A stretch of DNA of 64,000 nucleotides, taken from positions 1 through 64,000 of the IMG/VR virus record IMGVR_UViG_3300005289_000016; one strand, 5' to 3'. Positions 1 through 9,272 of the stretch are shown here, piece after piece (within the stretch, counting starts at the first letter, position 1; every line of letters begins with the position of its first letter). Both the position numbers and the translations under genes were made by a program. Under the pieces are notes generated by a model that searched no databases, had not been told where the DNA came from, and saw nothing but the letters and a program-made list of their open reading frames with translations.

Positions 1-1090
1 TCTGCGATTCAGACTTGAAGGCGCTTTTGGTACGAGCCCAGAGGCCTTCGTCCATCCGACCTGTCTTCTCCACGACCGCTTCGTTCTTGGTGTCAGCCTC
101 AGAGATCTGACCCATCATCTCCGAGTTCTTCCAGATGTCCACGTAGGCTTCGTAACTGGTGTCGATCTTGTTGACGATGGCGTACACGTCACCCATGTCT
201 TCGCCGTACAAACGCTTCTTGAACACCTCACGCATTTCTGCTTTGTTGGTGATCTTGTTGAGCTGTTTGTCCAGCAACTGACGACGGTGATTGACCAGCT
301 TCTGTCCACGTTGCGCCACAGCGAACACGTCGATACCCCCGTTTGCGCGGTAGATAGACGGGATCAACTTGTGGTACGCATCGACGTCCAACTGATCCAT
401 CCCGTTCTCCTTCTCGTAGAGCGCCTTAGCGCCCTCGTAGATAGGTCGAGGGATGATGCCCATGTTCGCGGCAATGGCGTTCACCATCGAACTTACAGCG
501 CCCCAGTAAGGGAGCATTGACGGCTTGAGGTAATAGTACTTGGACGCAGGTCGACGCAAGAAGAACTTGATCGCCTTACCTGCCATGATGAACGGCAGCA
601 GACCGATGGTCGCTACGGAACCCACTGCCCAGCCCAATGAGTAGAAGAACCCAGGAGCACGACCCGAACGAGCCATGGAGGCCGCAGGGATCGAGTAGTA
701 GTTGGCGTAGAACGACGTCAGACTGTTGAACTGCGGATAGCCACACCGGAAGTGCACCACCTGCATGTTGTCATCGAACTTCTCACTGTAGACTCGACCC
801 ATGCCGTTGGTCGAGTTGGCACTGGTCCCGTTGGTCCGACTGACCTTAGGGAGCAGGGTGTCTTTACCACGCCCAGTAGGCTTGGTGAGGATGTTGTGCT
901 TCAGGTCACAGTAGCGAGTGAACTGAGGCAGCGGGTTAATGACGAAGTTACCGCCCAGGGTTGTGTCTGTGGCCTTTTGCATCGACGTGGAGTAGATGCG
1001 ATTGATGGCCGCCTGGTTACCACCCATGATCTGATCGGAGGGCAGCAGGAACGCTGATTTGACCCAGCTGTCATCCAGAATGTTTTCCAT
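1..1090 (-). CDS. phiKZ gp182-like virion tail/baseplate protein (runs off the left end of the window)
   Basis: ATG at 1090 after GAGG. It reads MENILDDSWVKSAFLLP...DTTLGGNFVINPLPQFTRYCD and appears open to the window edge. It lies directly downstream of the gp181-like gene, as in phiKZ-like phages. Absent from the ORF track because it is truncated. Confidence 0.7.
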   Translation of the reverse strand, partial: MENILDDSWVKSAFLLPSDQIMGGNQAAINRIYSTSMQKATDTTLGGNFVINPLPQFTRYCDLKHNILTKPTGRGKDTLLPKVSRTNGTSANSTNGMGRVYSEKFDDNMQVVHFRCGYPQFNSLTSFYANYYSIPAASMARSGRAPGFFYSLGWAVGSVATIGLLPFIMAGKAIKFFLRRPASKYYYLKPSMLPYWGAVSSMVNAIAANMGIIPRPIYEGAKALYEKENGMDQLDVDAYHKLIPSIYRANGGIDVFAVAQRGQKLVNHRRQLLDKQLNKITNKAEMREVFKKRLYGEDMGDVYAIVNKIDTSYEAYVDIWKNSEMMGQISEADTKNEAVVEKTGRMDEGLWARTKSAFKSESQ

Positions 1091-1103
1091 GTCTAGACCT
1101 CTG

Positions 1104-1146
1104 AAAAAAGGAAAGGGTGAGCAGGGTTTCCCCCACTCACCCCCGT
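1104..1146 (-). terminator. Rho-independent terminator after the gp181-like gene
   Basis: Minus strand reads GGGTGAGTGGGGGAAACCCTGCTCACCC followed by TTTCCTTTTTT, just after the stop at 1149. Confidence 0.7.
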
Positions 1147-1148
1147 AG

Positions 1149-4100
1149 TTACGTCCGACCTACAGAGACCGTCCCCTTTTGTGCAGCTCTCGGGGTGTTG
1201 ATCAGTGGGTTCTGCGTTGTCTGAGCAACCTGCGGTGCCGGGGCACTTTGAGCTGCATTCGGCATTACAGTCCCACCGTTCTTGACCAACTCAACCAGTT
1301 CCAGCAGCTTATCAAGCTGCCCTTGGTTGATGTCGACCAAACGGCTCATGTTGTCTGCGCCACCATACGTGTTGGTGTTCGCAGCGGCCTGAGTAGAACT
1401 TTGCACTTCAGCCGTTTTAGCCGCCATCGCCAAGCCCGCAGTGGTGTTCTGCGTTTGACGAGCGTCCGCCTTCTCGGCCAGACCGGCCGTGTCAGCGCTG
1501 GCTGGAGCTTCCGCCACAGTATTAGGCGTAGCACTTCCGCCCCCACCCGCAGGTTTCACCATGGACGGTGCTTCTGGTCCAGTGGCGGCTACGGTGGATT
1601 GGCCTTGTGCTTGCTCATCTGCGGCAGTCTGAGGTCCAGAGGCAGCTGTACTCACGCCCCCCTCACCCGGTGCCACCAATGCCTTCCCACCTTTCAGTGT
1701 CGAAGCAATCTGCATGGCATCAGGTTTACGGTGCTTCTGCAACTTCCCATCGAAGTCGTTATACACCGCTGCTACAGTCCGTGGCCGTTTGTTACTATCG
1801 TAGAAGATAGACGGGTTGGCTGCGGCTTGTTCAGGACCCACATGGTTGATCGCCGGATCGCCAGGAGGAGCTTTCAGGAAGCGCTTGGCTCCGTACGGCC
1901 CCAAGAAGTGAGCGAGGTATACGTCAGTGTCAGTGACGTTGCTCTTCACTCCTTTGATGACGTCGATGTTCTCTTTGATGTACTCCAAACCAAGCAAAGC
2001 GTTGGCCCGAGGGTCATGCTGAGTGGTGCCGGGGTTGATGCCGTACTTCGAAGCGTACTTGCCCATCAGCGACTTCCAAGTGCCTTTAATCACCTGGTAG
2101 AACGACGCTGCCGAGGAGAGAACCCCTGCGGAAGGATTGCGCGGATTCTTGTACGGGATGGCATTTGGCTTGAAGTTCGATTCTACACCAGCAATCGAAG
2201 CCGCCAAGCTAGGGTCAACCCCTACCATGTTAGCCGCCGCCATCAGCGTGCCTTTCGTAGCATCCCAACCGTCGCCAGTCGGAGCAGGCACGTCATTGAT
2301 GTTACCACCAGAACCACCACCCGGATGGGTGAGAGGTGTACCCGGTGTAATGGTAGTCGGACCCGATGCCTGCGGTTGACCAGAAGCACTGACATTACCC
2401 TGTTGAGGGGCTTTGCTTTCGTCGCCACCACCGAAGACGGATTTGATCCCGCTCCACATGCTGGAGAACATGCCCTGTTCTTCCTTAGGTCCGCCTGCTC
2501 CGCCAGAGCCAGCCGCCTGACTACCTTGTCCATCCGCCGAAGCAGGACGATTGACTTGGTTGCCATCTTGCTCGATGATCTTGCCATCCTTGTCGCGGAC
2601 TTGACCAGCTACTGCTGCGGAGTTCTCCGTCAGGGTCTTGTCTTTGATTTTGGTGGAGAGCATGTAAAGGGGTTCCTTCACAGTCTCATCATCATCGTTG
2701 AGGTAGTAGCCTGGCCATGGCGATTCCGAAATATCCCACACGGAGATACCGGCGTTGTCACGGGTGTTGGCTGTTTCCCTCAAGACTTCCAACAGGTCTT
2801 GCGGTTTGAGGCGCTCTGCTGCGTCCTTAGCGTCGATGTTGGCACGCGCACGAACAGACGAGCAGTACTGGAGGAACGTAGGCATGAACCGACGGTAGAA
2901 CCAGACATACACGGCATCGGCTTCTGCACCAATCGGGGAGAACAGAGCCTCCGCAATGGCGTACGCCTGAGCTTCATCCTTGAAGAATGCCCGCTTCTCA
3001 TTGTCGTAGTTGACCATTGGGTACAGCGCGCCCTCCAACCGGTCCAACTGGCCGACTTTGATCATGAGCATCTCAGTCAGACCGTAGACACGGTACCGCA
3101 CTGGTTTGCCATCGTCGATTTCACCATCACGATTACTGCCTGCCATGATTGCAGCCGTTGCCGCAGCAGCCATGCCGCCGTTACCTGCCCACGATACGGT
3201 TTGAGCCGCCGTCAGGTTAGCACCAGTGGTTTTGCTGCTTGCCTCTACACCAGTACCAGCTCCGGATGGTTTCGAGGCAGCCGTACTTGCGCTGGATTGC
3301 TTATCAGCATTGGCTGCGGTCTTAGCAACAGCAGCAGCACTGATCCCACCAGCAGCGGCCACAGCATCGACCATGTTCTGGTTGGTTTTGTCTTCGCCTT
3401 TCTTTTCATTTTCATTGATGTATTCCTGGATCTCTCCTTTGACCTCAGCAATGACGTCCTTGACATCCCCAGAGTCCATGTCCAGTTCCTCGTCCTCGAA
3501 AGGCGAGACCATGGCATTGAACACTTCAGGGCGATCAAGCATTGCCGCCTTGTCAACGAAGCCCATGGCAACCTTACCGGTCACCTTAGCGTCGATCTGA
3601 CTGAGGTCCATGGATTTGGTGAGTGCGTGCATGTTGGAAACATGAGCGAGGTAGACAGCGGAGAAACGACCAGTCAGGAACTTGATGAGACGTCCGTAGG
3701 TTTCGTTCTCTTCTGCTGGAATGCTCGTGTCGATCTTGAACAACTGCATGATCTTGTCTTGAGGCAGGCCTTGGCTGTTCACCGTGGCTTTGCCTTCAGA
3801 GTCGACCGCGGTCTGGGAAGTAAAGATCTTCTCCAGCTCGAGCAGTGTCTTCAGTTCGTCACTGTCAGTCTTGGGTTTGATCCCGTACTGAACCATGCGC
3901 ATCCGTGTCAGAGGAGGCAGCTTGTCTTTGTTGCGACTATAGATGTACGCACCTACAGCGACCGCACCACCAACAACTGCGATACCGGCCAGTACAGGCG
4001 CCGATACCAGACCAGCAGCACCCAACAGGGCACCCATGGCCATCCGACCTGCGAAGCCTGCTGCCATCCGTGTCAGAGGGTTGGTCAGGATACTGCCGCC

Positions 4101-7100
4101 CATCCGCAACGCACCCATCCCCAAACGGCCAGCGGTTTTAGCGCCCCACCATCCGAGTTTGGCTGTGTTCTTGGTAAGCCAAGCACCACCTTTCAAACCG
4201 CCCTTCAGGATCTTGCCAGCAGTCCCCATCTTGTCCAAAGCACGACCGCCCCAGTTGGCGATCTTGCCCAGCTTGCCGGTACGGCCTGCACGACGCCGGG
4301 TCTTGCGACTACCGCGTTCGTTACCATCACCGCCACCGAAGAGATCAGTCAGACCGCCAAGGCTGTCCATGATCCCGCCGCCTTCACCTTCTTCTTCCCC
4401 TTCGCCCTTCTTGCCGCCCAGCATGGCCATGAGGCCGGCGAGTCCTCCCGCCTTACCGAACAGTCCCTGCACCGCTTGACCTTTGTCTTTCGCCATCTCC
4501 TTGGCTTTGTTGAGCATCTCGTCACGTTTGGAGTTGATGTCTTTGAAGTTCCCTTTGCGCACCTTTTCCTTGGTGACCTCTTTCAAGGTTTCGTACTGCA
4601 ACTGCACAGAACGAAGCGACAGGGTCAGCATGTCTTGATCGTGATCGCCAGTCAGTTCGCTCGACACGTCAGCGCCAGCTTTACCGCCTGTGAACCGCGA
4701 CATCATCCGCTTCAGCCGAGGCCGGAACTTACGACGCTGCTGTTGCAACTCTTTGGACACCATGGCGCCCTTGTCTGCCAACATCGGCGACAGGTACGCG
4801 CTTGCCTTGTTGAGCTGATTGCGACCAGCCACAGCGGCTTGGTTGGTCAACTCGCCAGCACGGGTACCTTTGAAACGACCCATCATGTCAGAGACGCGTT
4901 TGATGACCTTTCCTTTATAGTCAGCAACCACACCGCTTTCCACGAACTCGTTGTAACGCATGACGGTTTTACCCTTCGCGTCAACGATGTCACCTTGGAT
5001 GTCTTCCCACTTCTTGATCACCTGGTTGGTGGCCTTGTCGCGGTACTCCCCTGCTTGGAGTTTGATCTCTTGCAGACGAGGGTGATCTTCACCCTGAATC
5101 CAGATGTCCTTGGCCATTTGTTTGGCGTTACCGTACTTCTCCTGGCCGAGCTTGAACTTCTCTTGACCCCATGCCTGAGCCTTGGTGCCCTTGCTGCGCA
5201 TGGCAGCAGAGACCTTGCTCCAATCGACCTTACCGCCCTTGGTCATCTCCCGCATACCGCCGCTCTCACCATGGCAACTACAGGCTGCCAGTTTCTTGAG
5301 CAGTTCCACCGTTTCCGAATGGAAGTCACGGGATTGGGTGATGAGGGTGATAAGGGTGGACTTGTCGCCCAGGTAATGTTCTAGGCCGGAGGTTCCTTGT
5401 TGGGCACGACGGCCTTTACCGCCCATGAGATCAGCTCGATCAGCACGGCGGGTAAGATCACCAGAACCGTTAGCAGGCCCATTACCACTATCAGAACGCT
5501 TACCACCGCGATCATCAGCATTCGGCCCACCTTTCGGAGCTCCATCTGCGCTTGCTTCGTCATCTTCATCGAGTACTGATCCCCAGATCTTGTCGTAGTT
5601 GATCCGGTCGTCACGTCCCTGGCGTTCGATGTACCCCAGCTTCCGCAGGGAATCCTTACCAAGCACGTCGCCCAAGATACGAATACGATCGCCCGCTGCG
5701 GGGATCATGCTCGCCATGCTCAGGAACTTGTCACGGATGTCGTTGAAGCGCCCTACCCCGGCAGCCGACTGATCCATCTGTTCCCCGTTGTAGTCGAGGT
5801 TGAAGGCGTCAGCAATCAGGGAAGTGATCTCATCCACAATCCCAACGTCGGTGTTGGGGTATTGAGCAGGATCAACCAAGCGCTTTGGAACAAGGTCACG
5901 ACCGTTCGCCAACTCATCGAGCAACTTCTGCTTGAGAGTGCGTTGGGCCTTCGAGGACATGGTGTCCCCGCCAATCTGCTTGATGAAATCGTCAGCAGCA
6001 GTCCGAAGAGAATCACGTTCCGAACGACTCATGATCTGACGGCCCACATCTTTCAGGCTTTCGCCTTGAGACGTGAATCCACCACGCACTACGTTGTAGA
6101 CCTGCTTCTCAGAGTCCTTCTCGCCGGTGACTGCCACCTTGGACCAGTGTGCAATCTCCGACAGGTACCCGGGGATGATCTCAATCAGAGAACGGCGGGC
6201 AATCTTGTCGAACGTGCCGATCTCATCCAGCTTGTCGACGCTCTCACCACCCGGTCGCGAGTCCAAGGAGAACTGCGGCAGGAAGGTTTTGAACATCTGC
6301 GTCATGACAGACTTGAAGCCGGTGCCTTGGGTTTCGGACTGCGCGTATTCGTTGACCTTCTGAGGAAGACCAGTGAACGTCTTACGCAGCTTCTCGCCAC
6401 CTTTGGCAATGTGCTTGTTACCGTACAGCCATGGAGCAATGTGCATCGAAGCCTGATCGCGGATCGTAGAACCGATCATCGAGCCTACGACTCGACCACC
6501 CAGCTCATGCTTATCGATGTCCATGCCCTCGGTCATGCCTTGGGCTTCGGTAAGCGGACTGATCGCACCCTGGACCATGCCAGAGACGTTGTCCATGATT
6601 TGCTTGGTGTAGTTCTGCGACCAGTTGGAGATCGTGTTCAGACCCTGACCCATCAGTCGCTGATGAGCCATCTGCTTGAACATCTCACTGCCACGGATTT
6701 TCACTGCCTCAGGGAGCGCGGTGTTGTGGCGAATGGCTTCAAGGATCTGGGCCTGTTTCTGTGTTGCTTCTGCCATCACATCCAGCAGTTGCTTTTGAGT
6801 CGCAAACTGGCGGTAGTTGAGTTCCAGCATCTTCTGCTGGTACTTGGCAGTGATCTTGTCCTGATAGCCAACCATCCGCGCCATGGAGCGGTTGATGGCA
6901 GTCAGTACCTGAACAGTGGACTTGAACCGCACCTGATCGAGGGCTTTGTCTTCCAGCTTGTCGGCAGCGTCTTGTTTAGCACGCTCCTCATCTGCGCCTG
7001 TCTTGGCCTTGAAGATTTCCGCCAACTGGGCGATGTCATTGTCTTCTTGTTCTTTCTTGTACTGTGCAGCAGATTTGACTGGTGAATCGTCGGTATCTTC

Positions 7101-7490
7101 CAGTGCATTGTTGAGGCGGTCAGAGGCCTTCTTGGTCAGAAGCTTGTTGCCCACCAGCTGCATGGCTTTACGACCGAACGCTTTACTGCCACGAACAAGC
7201 TGAGGCGAGTCGCCAGTCACCTTATCGTATAGCGATCGTGCGTCGGTTGCGACGTTCTCAATGGTGTCTGCGGCCAAGCCATAGCCCGCTGGCAAAGCCA
7301 AAGTCAAGGCTTTGCGCAAAGCGGCCGTGCTGGCCAGTTCGTCTTTTGCTCCGGACAGAGCGCCCTTGGCAACTCGTTCTACGGGCTTTCTCGAACTGTC
7401 GTCGACGTCGGAATCGGACTTCCACTCAGGGATGTCAAAGTCGAAATCGTCGAGGTCGAGATTGTCCAAATCGACATCTTTCTTTGCCAT
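1149..7490 (-). CDS. phiKZ gp181-like tail/tape-measure protein with C-terminal lytic transglycosylase domain
   Basis: 2113 aa. SLT motifs IAGVESNFKPNA, SSAASFYQVIKGTW, DPRANAL and YLAHFLGP; long helical Ala/Gly/Lys-rich regions; one hydrophobic segment; divergent from the vRNAP genes. Confidence 0.85.
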   Translation of the reverse strand: MAKKDVDLDNLDLDDFDFDIPEWKSDSDVDDSSRKPVERVAKGALSGAKDELASTAALRKALTLALPAGYGLAADTIENVATDARSLYDKVTGDSPQLVRGSKAFGRKAMQLVGNKLLTKKASDRLNNALEDTDDSPVKSAAQYKKEQEDNDIAQLAEIFKAKTGADEERAKQDAADKLEDKALDQVRFKSTVQVLTAINRSMARMVGYQDKITAKYQQKMLELNYRQFATQKQLLDVMAEATQKQAQILEAIRHNTALPEAVKIRGSEMFKQMAHQRLMGQGLNTISNWSQNYTKQIMDNVSGMVQGAISPLTEAQGMTEGMDIDKHELGGRVVGSMIGSTIRDQASMHIAPWLYGNKHIAKGGEKLRKTFTGLPQKVNEYAQSETQGTGFKSVMTQMFKTFLPQFSLDSRPGGESVDKLDEIGTFDKIARRSLIEIIPGYLSEIAHWSKVAVTGEKDSEKQVYNVVRGGFTSQGESLKDVGRQIMSRSERDSLRTAADDFIKQIGGDTMSSKAQRTLKQKLLDELANGRDLVPKRLVDPAQYPNTDVGIVDEITSLIADAFNLDYNGEQMDQSAAGVGRFNDIRDKFLSMASMIPAAGDRIRILGDVLGKDSLRKLGYIERQGRDDRINYDKIWGSVLDEDDEASADGAPKGGPNADDRGGKRSDSGNGPANGSGDLTRRADRADLMGGKGRRAQQGTSGLEHYLGDKSTLITLITQSRDFHSETVELLKKLAACSCHGESGGMREMTKGGKVDWSKVSAAMRSKGTKAQAWGQEKFKLGQEKYGNAKQMAKDIWIQGEDHPRLQEIKLQAGEYRDKATNQVIKKWEDIQGDIVDAKGKTVMRYNEFVESGVVADYKGKVIKRVSDMMGRFKGTRAGELTNQAAVAGRNQLNKASAYLSPMLADKGAMVSKELQQQRRKFRPRLKRMMSRFTGGKAGADVSSELTGDHDQDMLTLSLRSVQLQYETLKEVTKEKVRKGNFKDINSKRDEMLNKAKEMAKDKGQAVQGLFGKAGGLAGLMAMLGGKKGEGEEEGEGGGIMDSLGGLTDLFGGGDGNERGSRKTRRRAGRTGKLGKIANWGGRALDKMGTAGKILKGGLKGGAWLTKNTAKLGWWGAKTAGRLGMGALRMGGSILTNPLTRMAAGFAGRMAMGALLGAAGLVSAPVLAGIAVVGGAVAVGAYIYSRNKDKLPPLTRMRMVQYGIKPKTDSDELKTLLELEKIFTSQTAVDSEGKATVNSQGLPQDKIMQLFKIDTSIPAEENETYGRLIKFLTGRFSAVYLAHVSNMHALTKSMDLSQIDAKVTGKVAMGFVDKAAMLDRPEVFNAMVSPFEDEELDMDSGDVKDVIAEVKGEIQEYINENEKKGEDKTNQNMVDAVAAAGGISAAAVAKTAANADKQSSASTAASKPSGAGTGVEASSKTTGANLTAAQTVSWAGNGGMAAAATAAIMAGSNRDGEIDDGKPVRYRVYGLTEMLMIKVGQLDRLEGALYPMVNYDNEKRAFFKDEAQAYAIAEALFSPIGAEADAVYVWFYRRFMPTFLQYCSSVRARANIDAKDAAERLKPQDLLEVLRETANTRDNAGISVWDISESPWPGYYLNDDDETVKEPLYMLSTKIKDKTLTENSAAVAGQVRDKDGKIIEQDGNQVNRPASADGQGSQAAGSGGAGGPKEEQGMFSSMWSGIKSVFGGGDESKAPQQGNVSASGQPQASGPTTITPGTPLTHPGGGSGGNINDVPAPTGDGWDATKGTLMAAANMVGVDPSLAASIAGVESNFKPNAIPYKNPRNPSAGVLSSAASFYQVIKGTWKSLMGKYASKYGINPGTTQHDPRANALLGLEYIKENIDVIKGVKSNVTDTDVYLAHFLGPYGAKRFLKAPPGDPAINHVGPEQAAANPSIFYDSNKRPRTVAAVYNDFDGKLQKHRKPDAMQIASTLKGGKALVAPGEGGVSTAASGPQTAADEQAQGQSTVAATGPEAPSMVKPAGGGGSATPNTVAEAPASADTAGLAEKADARQTQNTTAGLAMAAKTAEVQSSTQAAANTNTYGGADNMSRLVDINQGQLDKLLELVELVKNGGTVMPNAAQSAPAPQVAQTTQNPLINTPRAAQKGTVSVGRT

Positions 7491-7598
7491 CGAAAATTCT
7501 CCAAATTGGCTTATTATACTAAGCCTCCTTCATACCAACTGTCGAAATGACTCCGAAAATTACGGGAAGCCTTTATGACCACTGAAGCAAGGAGTCTA

Positions 7599-9272
7599 AT
7601 GTCTGACTCTGGCTCGGGCATTAGATACGCCCAGACTCCCGCCAAGGTCTGGCCTATGGTGCTGACTCGGGAACGGGTCGCCCGCATGACTCCGGTCACC
7701 AGTCTCGACATCTATGACGGGGCCAGTGCCGAGTTCCACGACCAAGGTCTGTATTCGACCACCATCTTTGGCCGGGTGGGTTCTGATGAACGAGACGGCA
7801 ACTTCTCTTACATCGATTTGAAGGTCCAAGTCTTCCATCCGAAGATCTTCCGTGACCTCATGAGCCTCAAGTCCATCTACCGTGCTATTGTGTCCGGTCG
7901 TGAGACGGCTATCTTTGACCCGGTGGCCAAGGACTTCATCGCTGACAGTTCTGAGAAGGCCGAAACCGGCTACAGCTTCTTCGTGAAGCACTTCCCACAA
8001 CTGGAACTGCGTAACACCTCCAAGTCACCGACCCGTCGGATCAAGGTGGAGTTCATCCAGAAGTGGCGTGAGTTCGCCTTGACCCGATACATCCCGGTCC
8101 TGCCCGCAGGTATCCGTGACATCGAAGTCGATGACAACGGCGTGACGACCAAGAACGAGATCCACGACCTGTACTACCGTGCACTGTCGATCTCCAACAC
8201 GATTCCCGTGACCAGCAACATGGAATCGCCGGCGCTGAACATTGCCCGGAACGCATTGACCAACTGCCTCTCTGAGATCTATGACCTCATTGAAGGCATG
8301 CTGGCAGGCAAGAACGGTTTCATCCTGGACAAGTGGGCTTCTCGTAAAGTGGTCTACGGTACACGGAACGTGTTGACGGTGATGGATACGTCCATTGCCA
8401 ACCTCAACGACAGTAACGCCCCAGGCTTTGACAGCACGACCCTCGGTCTGTTCCAAGTCATCAAAGGTCTGACCCCGTTGACCATCCACCACCTGCGTCG
8501 TACCTTCGGGCACCTGATTCAGAGCGGCGAAGGTCAAGCGCAGTTGATCGATCCGAAGACCCTGCGTCCTACGTGGGTGGCTTTGAGCCCGGACACCCGT
8601 GACCAATGGTCGACCCGAGACGGTCTGACCAGCGTGATCGACAAGTATCAAATGGTGGAGATGCGTACGCGTCCTGTGGAGATCGAAGGTCATTACTTGG
8701 CCCTCATCTACAAAGGCCCTGACAACACGTTCAAGGTGTTCTTTGACATCCATGAGATGCCTGCTCACCTGAACCGTGATCACGTCTCTCCGATCAACCT
8801 GGTCGAGCTGCTGTACCTCTGTGGTTACCAGTACTGGAACCGCTACTACGCGCAGATCTGTCGTTACCCGATTTCCGGCTTGGGTTCCATCTACCCATCC
8901 CGCGTTTATGTCAAGACCACTGTGGTCGGTGAACGCCGTGTGGAACTGGATGATAACTGGCAGCCGTTCGATGATGCCGAACATGTGGCGCAGGAGTTCC
9001 CTAAAACGGGTTCGACTTCCTTTATGGACACTCAGTCCCCACACTCGACCAAATTGGTTGGGTTGGCAGCGGACTTCGATGGTGACACTGGCTCAGCAAC
9101 ACTGGTAATGTCTCAAGAGGCTCTGGTTGAGAATGACCGTATCCTCAGGTCACGTAACCACTGGATCGATGCAGGGGGTAACCTTACATCCTCCTACGAC
9201 TACGACACCATCAAGTACGTCGTAACCAACCTGACAGGACGATTCAAACATGGCCGTAATGTTTCTGTATGA
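7599..9272 (+). CDS. Virion RNA polymerase beta' subunit with catalytic motif (phiKZ gp180-like)
   Basis: Contains AADFDGD, GLYSTTIFGRVG and RYP. Start placed at ATG 7599 after AAGGAG; the ORF track start is 7575. Confidence 0.9.
   Translation: MSDSGSGIRYAQTPAKVWPMVLTRERVARMTPVTSLDIYDGASAEFHDQGLYSTTIFGRVGSDERDGNFSYIDLKVQVFHPKIFRDLMSLKSIYRAIVSGRETAIFDPVAKDFIADSSEKAETGYSFFVKHFPQLELRNTSKSPTRRIKVEFIQKWREFALTRYIPVLPAGIRDIEVDDNGVTTKNEIHDLYYRALSISNTIPVTSNMESPALNIARNALTNCLSEIYDLIEGMLAGKNGFILDKWASRKVVYGTRNVLTVMDTSIANLNDSNAPGFDSTTLGLFQVIKGLTPLTIHHLRRTFGHLIQSGEGQAQLIDPKTLRPTWVALSPDTRDQWSTRDGLTSVIDKYQMVEMRTRPVEIEGHYLALIYKGPDNTFKVFFDIHEMPAHLNRDHVSPINLVELLYLCGYQYWNRYYAQICRYPISGLGSIYPSRVYVKTTVVGERRVELDDNWQPFDDAEHVAQEFPKTGSTSFMDTQSPHSTKLVGLAADFDGDTGSATLVMSQEALVENDRILRSRNHWIDAGGNLTSSYDYDTIKYVVTNLTGRFKHGRNVSV

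Noticed and set aside
1179-5384. 1401 aa ORF on the + strand
   Set aside because: Antisense shadow of the gp181-like gene. Biased codon usage leaves the reverse frame stop-free; there is no RBS and no recognisable motif.
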